Below, piece after piece: positions 13,868 through 27,834 of a stretch of DNA of 64,000 bases; within the stretch, counting starts at the first letter, position 1; each line of letters opens with the position of its first letter. The DNA comes from Atractiella rhizophila (taxonomy: Eukaryota). The position numbers and the translations under genes are program-made. The stretch lies in assembly GCA_021432655.1 (NCBI GenBank), contig MU271193.1:33259-97258 (forward strand), in the 5' to 3' direction. A model generated the notes under the pieces. It was not told the origin of the DNA, did no database searches, and saw nothing but the letters and a program-made list of their open reading frames with translations.

Positions 13868-15084
13868 ATGCCTAACAGAATAAGTCTCGTCACTGGTGCC
13901 TCTCGTGGACTAGGCGTGAGTGCTCGACCTTCTTTGCCGCTGCAAGTTCAATCTGAATCAATGCGATTACGTTCCAGCTTGAATTCGTGACCCAATTGTC
14001 AGCGGATCCAACCATCCTCGTCTTCGCGCTCGCTCGCAGCCCATCCACTTCAACGAAGCTGCAAAGCCTCGCTAGCGCACGGCAGAATGTCGTGGTCGTG
14101 AAAGCAGATACTACGAATGAGGCCGAAATGAGAGCTGCGCTGAAGGAAGTGGAGCAGAAGATTGGAGGAAAGGGCATCGACGTCCTCATTGCCAAGTATG
14201 CATGTCTCTTTCTTCTCTGCAGCAGTTCTAACCAAACTGTAGTGCTGGAGTCGTCACGGGAAGTGGAGGAGAAAAGAAAACGCTTCAAGACCTTTTTAAC
14301 GAGCCTTTTAGCACCACTCCTCTGAGCGAATTTCAACAGACGGTGTGTCTCTTCCTCCATTCCTCTTCAAGAACTGCTTTTGATCTCCGGAGTGTATAGT
14401 TTGAGGTCAATGTTATAGGAAGTATGAGGACGATAAACCTCTTTTTGCCTTTGGTGAAGACAGGCAGCGAGAAAAAGATAATTATCTTGTCAACAGGCGG
14501 GGCGTCTCTCACCCTGAACAACCTCGACAATCCATTCGATCCTCTCAAAGTGGGATGCCTAGGTGGTTATTCGGGTAAGTCTTCGCACTGTTTTTTCCAC
14601 ATAAGTGAACTGATAAATGGTCATAGTCTCGAAAGTTGGTAAGATTTGGGCCTATTAGTGGAACGCTAGCAAACGACACTTTTACAGCTCTTAACATGGC
14701 AGCAAGAAAATACGCTGTTGAATTGCATAAAGAAGGGATCACCGTCTTTGCCATTCAACCAGTATGCTTTGCTTCCTCTCCATAGTCATGTTCTAAGTCC
14801 ATCTGCTGATGCTGATGCAATAGGCATACACAAAGACGGACTTGTGCGTCTTCCTCTCTAAATCAATATTCGTACCTCATATATTTGCTCTCGACACCGC
14901 ACAGACCAGGTACAGATATGGTAGGTCGCCCTTTGTTTTCTCACGAAAGAGTCTAACGCAACGAAAGGCTACCCTTGAACCTCCCACGGTGATCGAAAAG
15001 GTGCTTAAGAAGATATATTCGATTACCCTGGAAGATTCTGGAAGATTTTTCGACGTGGCTCAAGATGCGGATGTTCCTTTCTAA
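13868..15084 (+). CDS. Short-chain dehydrogenase/reductase (C-factor/CsgA-like)
   Basis: MPNRISLVTGASRGLG, FALAR, GIDVLIANAG, FEVNV, KIIILSTG, catalytic YxxSK split by introns, ALNMAARKYAVEL. Confidence 0.85.
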
Positions 15085-15946
15085 TGTTAATGGTGAGTAC
15101 GGAATGCATGCAAAGGATGGATGGTTCATCACTGCACAAGTCATTAAATAAAGAATGTATCGAGTTCTCCGGTATTCTCTTAGAAGGACTAGTTTTCCTG
15201 AGTGAAGGGGTTGAGCCTAATGCTCCACAACAGCACGCGCCATTTCTTGCAATAAAGCTTCGATGCAGAAACACGTTATTTGATTGTCAGGTTTCATCAG
15301 TCTCTACATGCTCCAATGCTCGTCCAGTGCATCTCAGAAGGTGTCCAATGACTCCCCTGAATGCCTGACGCCTTGAGACTCCGTCATTGCATCACAGACT
15401 TTGTTCTAACTTGGAAAGAAAGGATGTAACTGATATCATGTGCGGAAATGGAAATCTGAATGACAGTGCAAGCGATGGAACAATTGAAGGAGACGGGGTA
15501 CATGGCCTTGTCCGCGTCTTTTCAGCCTCTTTACAGCGATTATCATGCAAGTAAAGAACGAAATCCCATCCAAGCAGACCACTCACTTGCCTCCGTCGGT
15601 CATGACAATCACAATCCACAACTCCTCTACCATGATCGTGACGGCAGTAGCCTTTCCTGGAATCAACAGCCCGAAACTGTCGTATCTAGCTGTACATATT
15701 GAAACTCAGAGAATAAGTGAAGACATGGCAACGCGTCGAATTCTCTCGTTTTGACGGATGAGACTCACGTGGTTGGAGAACTCCGTGGACAGTGACTCGC
15801 GTTCGTACAAAGTCACCTTTGATTGACTCGCCTTCTGCCGTGTTGCTTCCTTTCCACCCATAAAAGCCAGCGCTCTCTCTGCATTTCCATCCAGCAAGTC
15901 CACATCACAATCCTTCCATTCCATTAGTCCAGTCCAGCACACAACA

Positions 15947-18900
15947 ATGATCGAACGGCTCCTCCGCCTCGGAGGGGGAAACCAACGGCTCCTCCTCCTC
16001 CTCCTCACCACCGCCGCCTCCTCCCTCCTCACCCTCTACCTCGCCCACCTCTACCTCCCTCGTCCGCCGCCGCCCGCGCCCATCGTCTTATCTCCCTCCA
16101 GCTCCGGACCGGGCCTCGTCACCGTTCTCCTTGGAGTCGTCGCCTTCGGAAGGGTTGCGCGTACTGCTTGGGAGAAAGCCACGGGCGCGGAGTCGACGGC
16201 TGAGAGCGGAGTGGGGGGTAAGGAGGGGAAGAAGAAGAAGGAGAAGAAGGAGAAGAAGACGAGTGGGAGTGATAGTGAGAGCAGTGATGAGGAGGAAGAG
16301 GATGAGAAGGAGAACAAGAAGGAGAATAAGAAGGAGGAAGTGGATGATGGGAAGCGGTGGAAGAAGACTGTGCGTCTTTCTACTTAGTCTGTGGTTGTTG
16401 GTGTTGGGAAAGTGATGGCTTGGTTTGGGTTAGGAACAAATTTGGGACGACAAGAACGTCGTATGGAAGGACCGTGAAGAGGTGAAAGAGACCAAGAGCG
16501 AGGGAGACGACAAGTTCCTCTTTGTAGCCAAACACAGGGTGTATCCCAAATCCTCAGACGAAGAAGGCTTTACGGTACGTTTACCTTCCCCTTGCTTATC
16601 CAGACATCAAACATGTACTAAGAAGGTTATGTCATTGAATTAGGTACTCGAAATCAACTCTGCTCCGCTGGTGGAGATATTGAAGATGCATGTCAAGGAA
16701 TCTGATACCATTTACGATGATAAACCCTCGGTCACGGTCATGGAGGTTTTCACATTCAGGCAGAGCATTAGGGATTGGTTGAAGGCTAAGAAGGAGCGGG
16801 TGACGGAGCTGGAAAAGGAAGCACCCACCTCTACCTCAACTACTGCTACCAAGGACAAAGGTGAAAAGGAGAAGGAGAAGAGTGAGAAGGAGAAGGAGAA
16901 GGGAAAAGAGGAAGAGAAGGAGAGCAAAGATAAGGCGAAGACGAAAGAGAAGGAGAAGGATGAGAAAGACGAAGACGAAGATCCCGATCCGAATCCCAAC
17001 AAGGAATATACGCTCGAGGAACTCAAGGTGCGAGTCGATCATACCGAAGTATTGATGGAGTTCATCGCCGAGGAATTCAAGAGTGTGTAAGTTTCCCCTC
17101 ATTCTTTGTTTCCATCTTCTCTGCACGACCTTTCGCTGATTGTTGGATGAAGCGAGGCGAAGCTTGCTCGTCTCGAGCCGAGGGGAGAAGTCCCATGGAA
17201 ACTGCTCTGGGCAATCTGCGTACCCGGTATGGCTTCCCTTTCTTTCCCCATATCGTATTCACTCATGTGACGGACGATTAGGAATGTTGATGGCTACGAA
17301 CCATGCTGTGACGGGAGAGAGGATGGGATTCAGGTTGAAACGGGGCAGGTATCATTCGTCGCAACAGGGACAGGTCTTCTGTTTGAACGGGGTCAACTTT
17401 CATTGGAATGGAGGTACGTTTCCTTCCTTTCAACCCATCCACCTTCCACTCTGCTCTGCGTACGGTATTTTAACTGTTGGATATGCGGATAGATCGTTAC
17501 ATTTCCATGCCCATCGAGCGCCACATCATGCAATATAGAGGATTGAGGAAGATCGCTTCCCTCGGTGCTTATCCCATGCCTGATAAAGTGAAGGAGGAGC
17601 TGGTGAAGAGGGCGGAGCTGTATGAGAAATACGCTGGGTGAGTCCCTCCACTTCTTCCACTCACTCGCGTTCCTAATTGGTCTGTGGTGGATAGCACCCA
17701 CTTCTTGGTCTATGAGGGATCGCTTGCGAAGAGGGTCAACGGAAAGGTCATCAAGATGAGAGCGGATGGGAGAGTGATGATTGACACGAAATCATTTAGG
17801 AGGATGTCTCGTGCGTTCTGCTCCGGCCTCGATTCTCGTACAGTCCTGACCTCGCGTGGTTGGGTTGCTAGCCGACGACGATATTTGGGAAGGGTGGGAT
17901 TCCGACGATGAGGACTCTGATGATCCCAACTACATTGATTATGGTGCTCAAGGGAAGAAGCCACATCTGGCTGAAGAGGACAAGGCATTGACACCACCGT
18001 CAGTCCTCTCCCGCCTTCAAGCTTTTTCCCGTTGATTGACGTGGTGGCCTCATGGATGCAGGAGCGTCTACGGTTTCTCGTTCGCCCTGAAAGAATGGGG
18101 AGAGATGAAGCTGGATGGTTTCACGCCTGTCGTTTTCAACAAGGACATCTATGACCACCTCACCATCGATCCCTCCCACAAAAAGATGATCCGAGCCCTC
18201 ATCCAATCGAACCAGTCCAGTCTTATCACTGACGTCGTATCCGGAAAAGGCGGAGGATGCATCTTCGTCCTTCACGGTCCTCCGGGGACGGGGAAGACGT
18301 TGACGGCGGAAAGTATCGCGGAACTCCTCGAGCGGCCTCTTTATATCATCTCTTCTGGACAGCTTGGAACACAGGCTTATGATCTCGAACAGACCCTCAG
18401 GGACTGTCTGCAGGTGGCGGAACAGTGGAAGGCGGTATTGTTGATCGATGAGGCCGATGTGTTCCTGGAAGCGCGAAGCGAGCATGAGATGAACAGGAAT
18501 GCATTGGTCGCTGTCTTCTTACGGGTGTATGTTGTCCTTTCAGTCTCACTTAGACGACAGAGCTCGAGCTAATGGATGGCGGTGCACAGCCTTGAATACT
18601 TCCAAGGTGTCATGATCCTCACCACGAACCGAGTGAAACAATTCGACCCTGCCTTCCTCTCTCGAATTTCATGTGCGTTGAAATACCCTTCGCTGGATCA
18701 AGAACAGCGGATGGTCATCTGGCGCAAATTTCTCACGCTTGCCGGTGCTGAGGTTGAGGATCGCATCGTCAAGTTGGAACCGAATGGTTACACGAATGGC
18801 ACACTGACGCCGACGAATGAAGGGACGAAGAAGCCGAGGATTTCATTCAAGGAGCTGAAGGCTTTGAGCGAAAGAAGTCTCAATGGAAGACAGATCAAAA

Positions 18901-19129
18901 ATATCACGCGGACAGCTCAAGCTTTGGCGCTGAGCGAGAACAAGGAATTTGGGGCTTCGTATGTTGAGACCGTGATCAAGCTCAATGAGGATTTCCAGGA
19001 AGATGTGAGCCTCTTCTTGTTACAGGCCGTACGGATGTTGACGAGGGTGTTTAGTTCGAAAATGTCGACGACAATATGTATGCCGCGAAAGGGGAGCAGT
19101 GGAAGTCCAGACATCCAATCTACAATTAG
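15947..19129 (+). CDS. Fungal AAA+ ATPase with N-terminal hydrophobic segments and K/E-rich low-complexity tracts
   Basis: DVVSGKGGGCIFVLHGPPGTGKTLTAESIAE (Walker A), LLIDEADVFLEAR (Walker B), RNALVAVFLR, LEYFQGVMILTTNRVKQFDPAFLSRI, LNGRQIKN. Confidence 0.92.
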
Positions 19130-19630
19130 TTTGGTATCCAGCATTCTTTCATCTTGGTCATTTAATCCGTTCACTTCTAGATTTCGTTATTCCAGTCCAC
19201 CGAGTGTTGGTTAACAAAAATAAAATATACTGCATACATTGCAGTTTGCATATCCCTCTCTTTTTGTCCCTTATTCTTCTTTATGCCTTGAAGTGGTTCT
19301 TATGGATCATATTTGTTCAAAGGAGCATCTTCACTTAGCCTTTCATTTGTGTTATTCTCACTGCCCAGGAATGCCTCCGTTGCCGCTCAATCTTTCATTC
19401 GTCTCTTCCCGTTGCTGCTGTCTTGCCGCTGTTCGAAGAGGTGTCAGTTGGAAGTCAACATTGTATATTACAACTTACAGGATAACTGAAAGTCTCTGCT
19501 CTCTGCTTGCTCAAATGTTTTGCATTGCGTGAACAAAATGTCACATGCCGTTGTCTTTGCTTTACCCCTTGGGTTCTGGTCACCTACAACAAGCCCCAAA
19601 AGTATCGACCGCCAGAGATAACGAACGACG

Positions 19631-20573
19631 ATGTCAGCTTCACCTGCACAAGAAACACTAGCTGAAAGTAGCGGCAAGACGCTGAAGAGGCCAAGATCCG
19701 AACCGACCGAAGATGATGTGAAAGACAAGGATGAGGCGGAGGCAGCGCCGGTGGCGGAAACTAACGAGGGAGGTTATGCAACAAATGGGGATTGGGCAGC
19801 CGTGTGGAACGCTCAGTGAGGATTTATTTGCCTTTGATACGTGGGACAGCGTTTGGAGTCTCTTCCATCTTCCAGAGGCTCTAGTGGTCGATTTTGAGTT
19901 CTCGTTGTGCACATTTGAGTCCGAGACAAGATGGTACATTTCTACTAGACGAGGCTGCTTTGACTGACTTGTGATTCCCAATCAATTTAGAGCGAATGCA
20001 TATTACTTCTGGAATTCAAAGACAAATGAGACGACTTGGAATAACCCAATGGACCCTTCGGCCAGCTCGTCCAACACCTACAACAGCACTGCTTCGACCA
20101 GCGGAGAGGGCAGACACCCTCATCCACTGCCTGCGAATCCAATGACCACCCACGAAGCGGGTGAAATCGATCCGGACCTTCTCTACCTTGATCCATCCCT
20201 TTCCGCCTCTCATGCCGCGTCTTCAGGATATGCTGCGACAGCGTCCTTCAATGCTAGAACTGGTCGCTTTCAGAATGATGTCTCTATGAACCCAGAAAGG
20301 GTGTCGGAGATCGAGAGGATGAAAAGACAAAATCAGTTCTTCTTCGACTATGAAGGCTGGACAAAGTTGAAGGACCTCGAACAGGAGAGTGCCCAGTTGA
20401 ATGGGTTGGCGGAGGAGAAAAGGAAATCCAAGAGACCGACAAGGAAAGAAGTTGTGAGCCTTTTATTTTCTGCAGGAGAAACGAGATTGATGGTGTTATT
20501 CTCACAGGAACGCTATAAGGCGAAGAAGGAAGAGAAGAAGAGGAAGCACCAATTAGCTTGGTTGAGGGATTAA
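19631..20573 (+). CDS. WW-domain protein
   Basis: GDWAAVWNAQ / ANAYYFWNSKTNETTWNNP (WW domain split by an intron), ASFNARTGRF, basic C-terminus KKEEKKRK...WLRD. Confidence 0.8.
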
Positions 20574-20808
20574 AGACTTGGAGCCTGTACGACTGCAACT
20601 GAATCCGCATAGCTTCATTACTTGCTTCTACCGCAAATGCAATCGATATGTCTAACCTTGACATGCTTGAAATACCGCTGTGACAATGCAACGGAATCGA
20701 CGAAAAGCGAAAGAATTACGACATTACACAAGCTTATATAACTTCTTCTGATGGTATTGCTGCGCGATCGCGCGCAGACTTGCGCCTGCCTAATGCCCAA
20801 CAGCCATC

Positions 20809-22450
20809 ATGTCCTCCTTCCAGCGCGATCTTCTACGATCTAAACTTTCTTCTCTTCCAGCAGACGCACTGACTAACGAAGAGGAAGAAGAGGAGGAGGA
20901 AGAGGGATCCTTTAGCGCTGATTCTCTCCAAGGATTCTCTAACTTTCAAGCGCGACAAGCAGAACGACAGGCAAAGAGTCCTAGGTAGTTTGTGTCCTAT
21001 TACTTTGCTAAACTTACGAAGCTTGCAGCACAAGCACCTCGAACCCTCGCCGAAAAACTGGCGCCGATTACACACCTCTCTCGGCAGTGTCTTTCTTCAA
21101 GGAGGCTCTTGAGATTCAAGTCGGAGCAACAACATTTCGAGCATATTACTCCCCTCCCTCGAAAGACGGATTTCTCTTTGTGTGCCACCATGGCGCTGGA
21201 TACTCTGGCCTTTCTTTCGCTTGCTTCGCTCAATACATCTCCACTTTGGATCCTACAATGGGAATTCTGAGTTACGATGCTCGAGGTCATGGTATCGTCC
21301 CCCCTCTCTTCTCGTTTGAGTGTATGTGATATTTTGTATTAAGGAAAGACGATCAGTACACCAAAGGAGGAAGAGGACGACCTCGCGCTGTCTACACTCT
21401 CCAGTGATTTAGTAGGATTGCTGAAAGCGCTCATCCCGGAGAAAGAGAAGGCTCCAAAACTCGTCCTTATCGGTCATTCTATGGTTCGTTGGTTCCAAAG
21501 TTGTGCTTTCTTCCGAAATTAACTGAGAGATTAGGGAGGAGCAGTTGTTGCTCATGCTTGCAATTCAATCCAGGCAGACGTTGCGCCGGTGCTGGGCGTG
21601 GGAATTTTGGATGTTGTTGAAGGTATTCATTATTTCCAATTCTTCTGAAGCAAACGCCTAATGCCGCGTCATAGACATTGCACTTGATGCCTTAGCCCAC
21701 ATGCCCACTATCATCTCCAATCGTCCCTCCGGTTTTAACTCGCTCGAAGACGCCATTTCCTGGCAGTGCGTGTTCCTCCTCTCATATGGAATCAGCATAG
21801 TAACGCCTTTGTGGAATAGTATCAAATCTCACACCTTGCGCAATCTCAATTCTGCTCGTCTCTCCGTCCCATCGCTCTTTGTCCCCTCTTCCCAAACACC
21901 GACTCTCACAGAGACGCAATCACTCTCACTTTCTGTCCCGACAAAAGCTCCTTGGAGCGACGAGATGGAAGAAGAGATGGAAGAATTGGAGCTACCTCCT
22001 GAGAAAGAGGTACCTGGTAAACGCTTCCAATTTGCGTGGCGAACAGATTTGAGTAGAGGAGAGCCCTATTGGAGAGGATGGTTCGAAGGTTTGAGCAAGA
22101 AGTTTCTGGAGTGCAAGGCCGCCAAAATATTGGTGTTGGCGGGCACAGATAGATTGGATAAGGAGTTGATGGTGGCTCAGATGCAAGGTGAGTCCTTCAT
22201 GGCGACACTTCGCCAACGTTTCTGACGAGTGAAAAGGCAAATATCAGCTTGTCGTTTACCAGGAAGTAGGGCATTGTTTACATGAGGTATGCACAATGTC
22301 TTGCCCTCCTTGTTTCCTTGTTTGAACGACCGAGTTTTTTCCTAGGATGCACCAGAAAGGCTTGCCACGACTATGCTTGACTTTGTGAAGAGGAACAGCC
22401 AGAGTCAAGAGGATATCTTGAGGAAAGTGAAGAAGATAGGGCAACAGTGA
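20809..22450 (+). CDS. PPE1: Protein phosphatase methylesterase 1 (PME-1)
   Basis: CHHGAGYSGLSFA, DARGHG, GHSMGG nucleophile elbow, LDVVEG, RPSGF, ARLSVP, WRTDL, WFEGLSKKFL, LAGTDRLDKELMVAQMQGKYQL, GHCLHED. Confidence 0.95.
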
Positions 22451-24049
22451 CGTTGTCAAAAAAGAACGCGGAAACACTTTGATGTTGCAAAATAAAATAT
22501 AAATAAATAAGTATTTCTGTCATGTGCAGTTGTGATGAACATGTACAACCCCATGATATCCCAGGCAACCTTGATTAATGCATGAAGAAAATGAATGAAG
22601 AATGAGAACAAAAAAAACTGTGAACAAAAAGTTGTCCCCATGCTTGGGATCACTCCGCTACTTTACTATCAAGGCGATAACTTCTCCACCCCCTCCAATC
22701 TCAGCTTGAAAAGCCACCTGCACTCCTACAGCCTGCTCTGTTGCCAGACTCGGCTACGTAAAGTTGAGAGGAGATTTAACGCCGTACCAAACCGATCCTT
22801 AAGGAAGGGCAGGAACAAGCGACAGGATAACTCTGCCAAGGGAGAGGATCGAACATGCGAAGCGAGCAGAACGACCTGGGTCCAATAAACCACAAGGACT
22901 TCCCAGTTGAGCCATTACAGCTTAAATAACTCGTGCATAAAGGGCCATATTAATCGGTCGCAAACCCGCAAACATTTTCACGAACTAAGTCCCAGAGGAT
23001 ATACCCCAGATGAGAGGGTTTGCTCTGGTTTGTTCTCTGCGCATCCACCCCACCCCTCCAAACACATGTGCATGCGTCCACTTGCGCCTGGGGTGCGCAT
23101 CCTAGCTCGTGAAATGATGCCATGCCATGGAGGGACTCCACTGGGGAAATACCCGTGTCCCCCACCTCAGTCGCGCTTCTAGGTTTCGTTTTACTGTGTC
23201 CGAGCTGCAAATTCAATTGTTACTCACAGTAAGTCTCATGGCCCAGTCACGGGATGTTGGCATAAGCAGAAACAGAGAATGCAGTTGACGGTGGTTGGTC
23301 AGCAACCTGAATCGAACTCTTCTCCACCACTGCTGGAGGATATGACGAAGGTGCCCCGGAGAGGTGGGTAACGGGAGCGGCATGCACTATATGGAGAAAA
23401 TAGTTCTACTTTGAGCAGATCGGCCATCATAAATGTTTATTAGTTCACCATAACACACAGGCTGGCTGAATCTGTCGCTACAGCCCTATTCTCCGCGTTA
23501 TCCCTTGTATCTACCCTATCAACTACACGAGGGCAAGTGATTGTCTTCGGCGTCTGTCAAGTTATATGAACGTTAATGCACAATATGTCACGCCAGGAAG
23601 GTATTACTCAGCGGGAGGACCAGCCCTATGTGAATATTTCGATACGACTGCACGCGTATTTTCCCGTCTCCATAGCACTCTATAGGCTTTGGGAATGCCC
23701 AATCCTCCGAGCCCTGATTATGAGAGCAAGGGACTGCTCACACCAGCTCGGTCAAGGCAAACCGCAGGAACAACCCTTCCGCTCCGATTGTGCTGAGTTT
23801 GCGCAACAAACTAATATCGTGACAAGGTAAACGTAGTGGTCGTTGAGTTGATGCTGTGTCCTCGAAAGGTGAGGCAGGGCTCGAATCGATGGTGGAATCG
23901 AGGGAGGAACGCGTCGGATAGATCTGATATCGGAAGCAAACCCAACGTGCGCAGCCTTCAGGACACCTATAAAAGATCTGTCAAACTGACTATCCCTCAA
24001 CATCTCAACCACGTTCACACTTTCACGTTCACCATCATAGCAAAACAAC

Positions 24050-24717
24050 ATGCCTCACTCTGGACAATGCCTCTGCGGAAAGGTGACTGTCAAGCTCGAC
24101 TCCACCCATGCTGAGCAGATCATGTATGTGTCTCTTCCCGATCAAGATCTCAACTGATCGAACTTGATAATGTAGCTGCCACTGGTACGTCTCATTGTTG
24201 CATCGACATAAAAGGATGGTTGATCAATTGTGAACGATCAGCACTTCTTGCCAGTCTTTTGGCGGAAGTAAGCAGTTTTCCCTGAGTGTGGATGGACAAT
24301 GGGTCGCTGATTAGGATGATAGCCGCTTTCAGCACCAACATTGTCGCTCAACAGAAGGATGTCCACATCACTGGTGAGACCAAGAAGACGATCACCAAAT
24401 CCCTTTCTGGTAACGACGGTATGTATTCCTCTTGACCTGTCACAGGGGTGCTGATTGGGAAATAGTGACCTACACCTCGTGCGCTAATTGCGGAACTCCC
24501 ATCACTCATTACTCTCCCGTCTTCGGTAGGTCTTTCTAGGCCTTTGATGTTACTCCGGGGTAATGAGAACACAACAGGCGAGGGCATCATCGTCCAGACC
24601 GGTATCTTCCGTGACTTCAAGGACATTCCCGTCACCACGGAACTCTTTACCACCAGGAGGTGGAAATCCATCAAGCAGATTGACGGCGCTGCTCAATTCC
24701 CGGAGATGTTGGGATAA
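24050..24717 (+). CDS. GFA / Mss4-like zinc-binding protein (CENP-V/GFA family), 6 exons, absent from the ORF track
   Basis: Spliced MPHSGQCLCGKVTVKLDSTHAEQIICHCTSCQSFGGTAFSTNI...SLSGNDVTYTSCANCGTPI...ELFTTRRWKSIKQIDGAAQF; CxC..CHCxxC..CxxC pattern. Confidence 0.88.
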
Positions 24718-24935
24718 ATTAAGCCTTCACAAATGTTTATGAGGAAGCGTAAGGGAATGTTTTGTTGCTGAACTAAAATGGTTGTCTGCATGGAAAAATG
24801 ATAAAATGAATCAAGTTGTTTTTGGGTAACATGAGAGCGCAAGCTAGTTCTGTTGAAACGAGGTGGAAGGACGTAGCAGCAGGCTTACGATTAGAAAGCT
24901 ATCAACCTGCCTATATCACTCCAACCCACGGACCA

Positions 24936-25964
24936 CTATGCCTTCCTAGTCGCGATAGCAATTAACCATTCAATCTTCCCAATCTTTTTACCCAACTCCT
25001 CCAACCGTTTCCAATGAGCGGGTGGTTTGAGGGTCATCATCTCTTCATAAGACAATTCGAAGGCAGGCTGCGGGTGGTGAGATCAATTGAGATCAAGGGG
25101 TGATGCAAGTTGACAGAGGGATGATATCAGAAGGCGCTTTTATAGGGAGGCACAAGCGTACCTCAACGGTTACCTCGTCAAGCAGGTTACAGGTTTGAAG
25201 AATAGCTTTGAACCCGTCCAACGTGAACCCTGCCGGTAAGCAGGTTAAATGCGTCTCGGTATACGAGTAAGGCACAAACCTCTCTTGTGAGGAACGGAAT
25301 GGCTGAGTTTTTGATCCTTCTCATCGAACGCGATCAAATCTTCCTTCAGTTTTTCCGGCCTTATTAAGTCAACCACCACCAGTTTCCCTCCTGGTTTCAA
25401 TAGACTTGCTAGCTCATTTGTTGTTGCCTCAAGGTCCGGGAAGTGGTGATAAGCTTGACAACACTTGGGGTGGTATGTTTAGCAAGGGATGGAAGTCAGA
25501 AATCGGTGCGCACGATAACAAGATCTGCCTTCTGCTCCTTCAGTTCCGATTGCAAGTCTTTCACAAGCACTGCACGCATTTCCTCCTTCGAGATCCCTTG
25601 ATTATAGACCTGAGGACCTTGCTTCAGTTTGCGATTGGCAAAGGAAAGGAGGTCATACCCGAGTGTTGAAGTCCTCCACCATCTTTTCACTGATATCGAC
25701 TCCAACAATCACCTTCGTTCCGCTCGACAATTCCTGTGCTACAAGTCCCGGTCCACACGCATAATCAATCACGAAACTCTTGGGATCATCCTCATCGAAA
25801 AGATCGGGGAGGGCATCCTCGATCGCATTTGCACAGAGTTCGGCGGTTCGAAGGGACAGATCATTGATGAAGGTATGAGAGTGTTCGTTGTGATGCTGTC
25901 GGTTCGCTTCGACGACATCTACATGCTCGTGAGAGTGTCCGTGGTGAGGTTGACCATGCTCCAT
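24936..25964 (-). CDS. Class I SAM-dependent methyltransferase with His-rich N-terminus
   Basis: VIDYACGPGLV, VGVDISEKMV, AYHHFPD, LLKPGGKLVVVDL, VPHKRGF. Confidence 0.88.
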
Positions 25965-26171
25965 CTTGTTTACTGAAGTGTTCTCGTATTGATAACGGGG
26001 ATGAGCAGCAAACGTTCTTCCCTTTTATATTGTGCTGCGCTGTTCGCTGCAATCCAAAATGCCTGAGTACCTCACCGGTTATGCACGTGACCTTTCTCAA
26101 AAACCTATCTGGTGTTGTCTATAGGTCTATTATCTATCATGGAATCGTAATTACAACATCGTAAATGTAGT

Positions 26172-27834
26172 CTAGTAACCCAATTCCCTCAATCGCAGTT
26201 CCTTTCCATTCCTTCTCCTCTCGTACCTCCATTCTTCAACATTAGATCCCCCGAAAAATGTTGACAAGCCATCCTGGTACTCAAACTCCACTGGAAATCC
26301 AAGAAGGTGAAACTGGCGGCTCTCGTCCTCCTTGTCATCTGGGTCGTCTTCGAGAGGGTAGTCGTTAGGAGATTCATATGTCGACCATACGTGCGCAATA
26401 TATTTCGACTGTGTTTCAGCGAGTGGAAAAGGCACGACCTGTGAATGAACGGGGTGTCAGGGAGAAAGAAAAGAGATATTTAGACGCACCCGTGTTTGCA
26501 AAGCCAGAAAAGCGAGTGTCGGATCCTCTTTCCAGAATATTTGGGTTTTATCTAGCCCATGAAGACGGAAACCGCCTCCTCCATACTTTACTTCCTCACT
26601 CAAACCTATTGAAGAGGCGGCGTTCGGGTTTGACGGAAGTGGTGGGATCTTCGTCAGAGATCGGCTTGTCCATGGTTCCTTGTCCGCTTGGAAGAAGGGG
26701 AAATCGTAGAGATAGCCAGTGGCGCAAATTCTATAACCCAATGAGACGACAGTGTCGCTAGAGCGATCCATAAACCTACATCACTTCTATCCCCTTTAAG
26801 CGTTCGCCTTCTTGACAGACTAAAACCTCTTCGCCATCCTCCTCCTCGACAGCCACAAATCCAGAAACGATTTGGATCTTTTTGGACCATTCTGGAGCGC
26901 CGGGTGTTCTAGGATCAACGCCTATATAGAAAGGGCTCCGAATCGCTTGGTAGATTGGAGAAACAGCAGTTTCCGTCAGCTCTCGAGCAATATCGTAACC
27001 CGAGGCTGAATTGCCAACAACCAGGACTCTCTGTTGTCCCTTTTAGACGGATTGAAGCTGGAGGTTCTCACTCACTTTCCCTGAAAATTGTTCAACAGAG
27101 CGATACCATTTTGAATGGACAATCTGGCCCTTGAAGTTCCAGAGATTTCGGATGAAGGGAACATAAGGCGTTCTATAATGTCCATTGGCAATGAGGATAA
27201 AGTCGAACTCTTCTTCTCTTGCTGGCTCATCAACACTTTGGGAGATAACGATCCAACGCCGTGTCGTTTTCTGAGGGGAGGAATGTATGGACGTGACTGT
27301 AGTTGAATAGCGCACAAGGTGGTCGAACGGTGCACATTGTTCTTGAAGGTAGGATAGCACTTCAGCAGGCGTTCTGTGCTCTATGAGCATCCATTATCTG
27401 AAGTACTGTAGGCTTACACAAACAAATGGCCCTCCTCAACATTTGCAGGGTAATCCCGGTACGCCATTAAATCCTACTCCACTTGCCTTAGGCTGAGATA
27501 TTGCAGAAAGGTGACGGTACCATTGGTATATTCGTCCTCAGGCTCTCATACATGGGGGTCACCTGTTCTTTCCATGAGCAATCGAAGTCATCAATGGACC
27601 ACAACAGAAATAACGAACCTCAGCATCCTGCACGATAGCTCTGCCGTCTCTGTCCCAAGTAATGACACATTCTCCCGGAGTATCATCCATGTTCCACGTC
27701 CCGCCGCTCTCTTTTCTCGCCTCGTAAGCCACGATCTCGAAATCTGTTCGCTTCGAGAATTGGCACAGTGCTGCGATCCCACTGGCACCAACGCCAATGA
27801 TGGCGAGTTTCTTCGACTGAAGTTGCGCTGACAT
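26172..27834 (-). CDS. Flavin-containing monooxygenase (FMO-like)
   Basis: AIIGVGASG (FAD), GGTW, PMYESLRTNIP, ANGHY, FKGQIVHSKWYR (FMO fingerprint), VVGNSASGYDI (NADPH), ATGY, PFPLAETQ. Confidence 0.93.

Noticed and set aside
16200..17000. GAGAAG-type tandem repeats and antisense Ser/Phe-rich ORFs
   Set aside because: Low-complexity K/E coding sequence of the AAA+ ATPase; the antisense ORFs are shadows.
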